Source of the DNA: Isurus oxyrinchus
Taxonomy: Eukaryota
Length of the DNA stretch: 64,000 nucleotides
Direction: 5' to 3'
Assembly: GCA_026770705.1 (NCBI GenBank)
Contig: JANJGN010000049.1
Location: 4,216,001-4,280,000, forward strand
Part shown: one piece after another, positions 63,204-64,000 of the stretch
Layout of the letters: each line of letters begins with the position of its first letter
Position numbering within the stretch: position 1 is the stretch's first letter
Notes under the pieces: model-generated
Told to the model about the DNA's origin: nothing
Seen by the model: the letters and a program-made list of their open reading frames with translations, nothing else
Database searches by the model: none
Program-made: the position numbers and the translations under genes

Positions 63204-64000
63204 GTGTGAAGCAGAAATGAATGTCAACCAAAACATCATCTTCAGAATGAGAAACCCAGTATTCAGCTTTCACTCTCACGACGGGAATATTTATTTGACT
63301 TGCCCCTGCCGTGTTAACGCCTTCATTGTTTGAAGGTCAATGACTTGCAATAATTCCGGAAGACTCCATAACATTCCCTGGGTATTTCCAGCCAGCACCA
63401 CTGGGAATGACTAAACCAAATGCCGGTCCAACAATGTGAATAAATTCAGGTACAATCGTCTTACAGACAGAATATCACTCGTCCCGAAATCAAGGAATCA
63501 GAGAATGATAGAATGCTAACAGCACAGGAGGAGACCATTCAGCTCTCTATGTCTCTCTGTAAGAATAATGTGCGCCTTAACCCCATTTATCCTCCCCGTT
63601 CTGTCATGTGCGATAACATTTTCAAAAAAAATGTTAATCTCTTTTTTTGAAATGTCAATTGATTCCCAGCCTCAGAAATTCTTGGGGAAAATGAAAGTGA
63701 TAATATTTCCCAGTGTGAGGAAAATGTTGCCAAAATCGCCTTCCTCAGTATTTTCCTATCTCTAATTTGGAGGACTAAGCATTTTCTCCCCACTTTATTA
63801 ATTAACAGAAACACTGCAATTCGATCACTCATTAGACTTTTGTACTCAAAGGAATGCAGCCGAGACTATGCAAACTGCTATCAGCGCTGCTCAATCTGAA
63901 AACAGCAGCAGAAATAAAGTGCAGATCTTTGTCAGAATTGAAGTCGTGGGCAATTACCAGTAAAGGCCTGCAGTTACCGATTCTACCCACAATCAATTTC

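Noticed and set aside
62887-63279. ORF track calls 62887-63279, 62036-62338 and 56473-56694 as separate proteins
   Set aside because: They are IgM exons with read-through into introns; true boundaries are set by splice sites.

Overview
Vertebrate genomic DNA from a shark (cartilaginous fish), judged from the elasmobranch-type IgM exons, zinc-finger architecture and repeats; the species cannot be determined from the sequence. There are three zones. (1) About 0.8-20.7 kb: a probable + strand terminal exon filled by a 23 x 75-bp tandem repeat, a disrupted 12-finger C2H2 zinc-finger gene, several truncated ZNF relics with YY1/NRF1 promoter modules, and many LINE, SINE and Penelope insertions. (2) About 21.3-53.6 kb: a field of roughly 30 tRNA-derived sequences (Asn, Lys, Glu, Val, Ser, Thr, Leu) built by direct and inverted segmental duplication. 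Nearly all are CpG-decayed pseudogenes; two tRNA-Ser genes look intact. (3) About 55.9-63.2 kb, minus strand: the 3' half of an IgM heavy-chain gene (CH3, CH4 plus secretory tail, TM1, TM2) with a 3.7-kb CA-rich tract in the CH4-TM1 intron. The most notable anomalies are the CH3 acceptor reading AC instead of AG with an in-frame cryptic AG 36 nt upstream, a 103-bp island that is 97-98% identical upstream of four decayed tRNA-Val copies, and a young Penelope family with a hammerhead-like motif that has formed a perfect 208-bp palindrome. All alignments and identities were read by eye.
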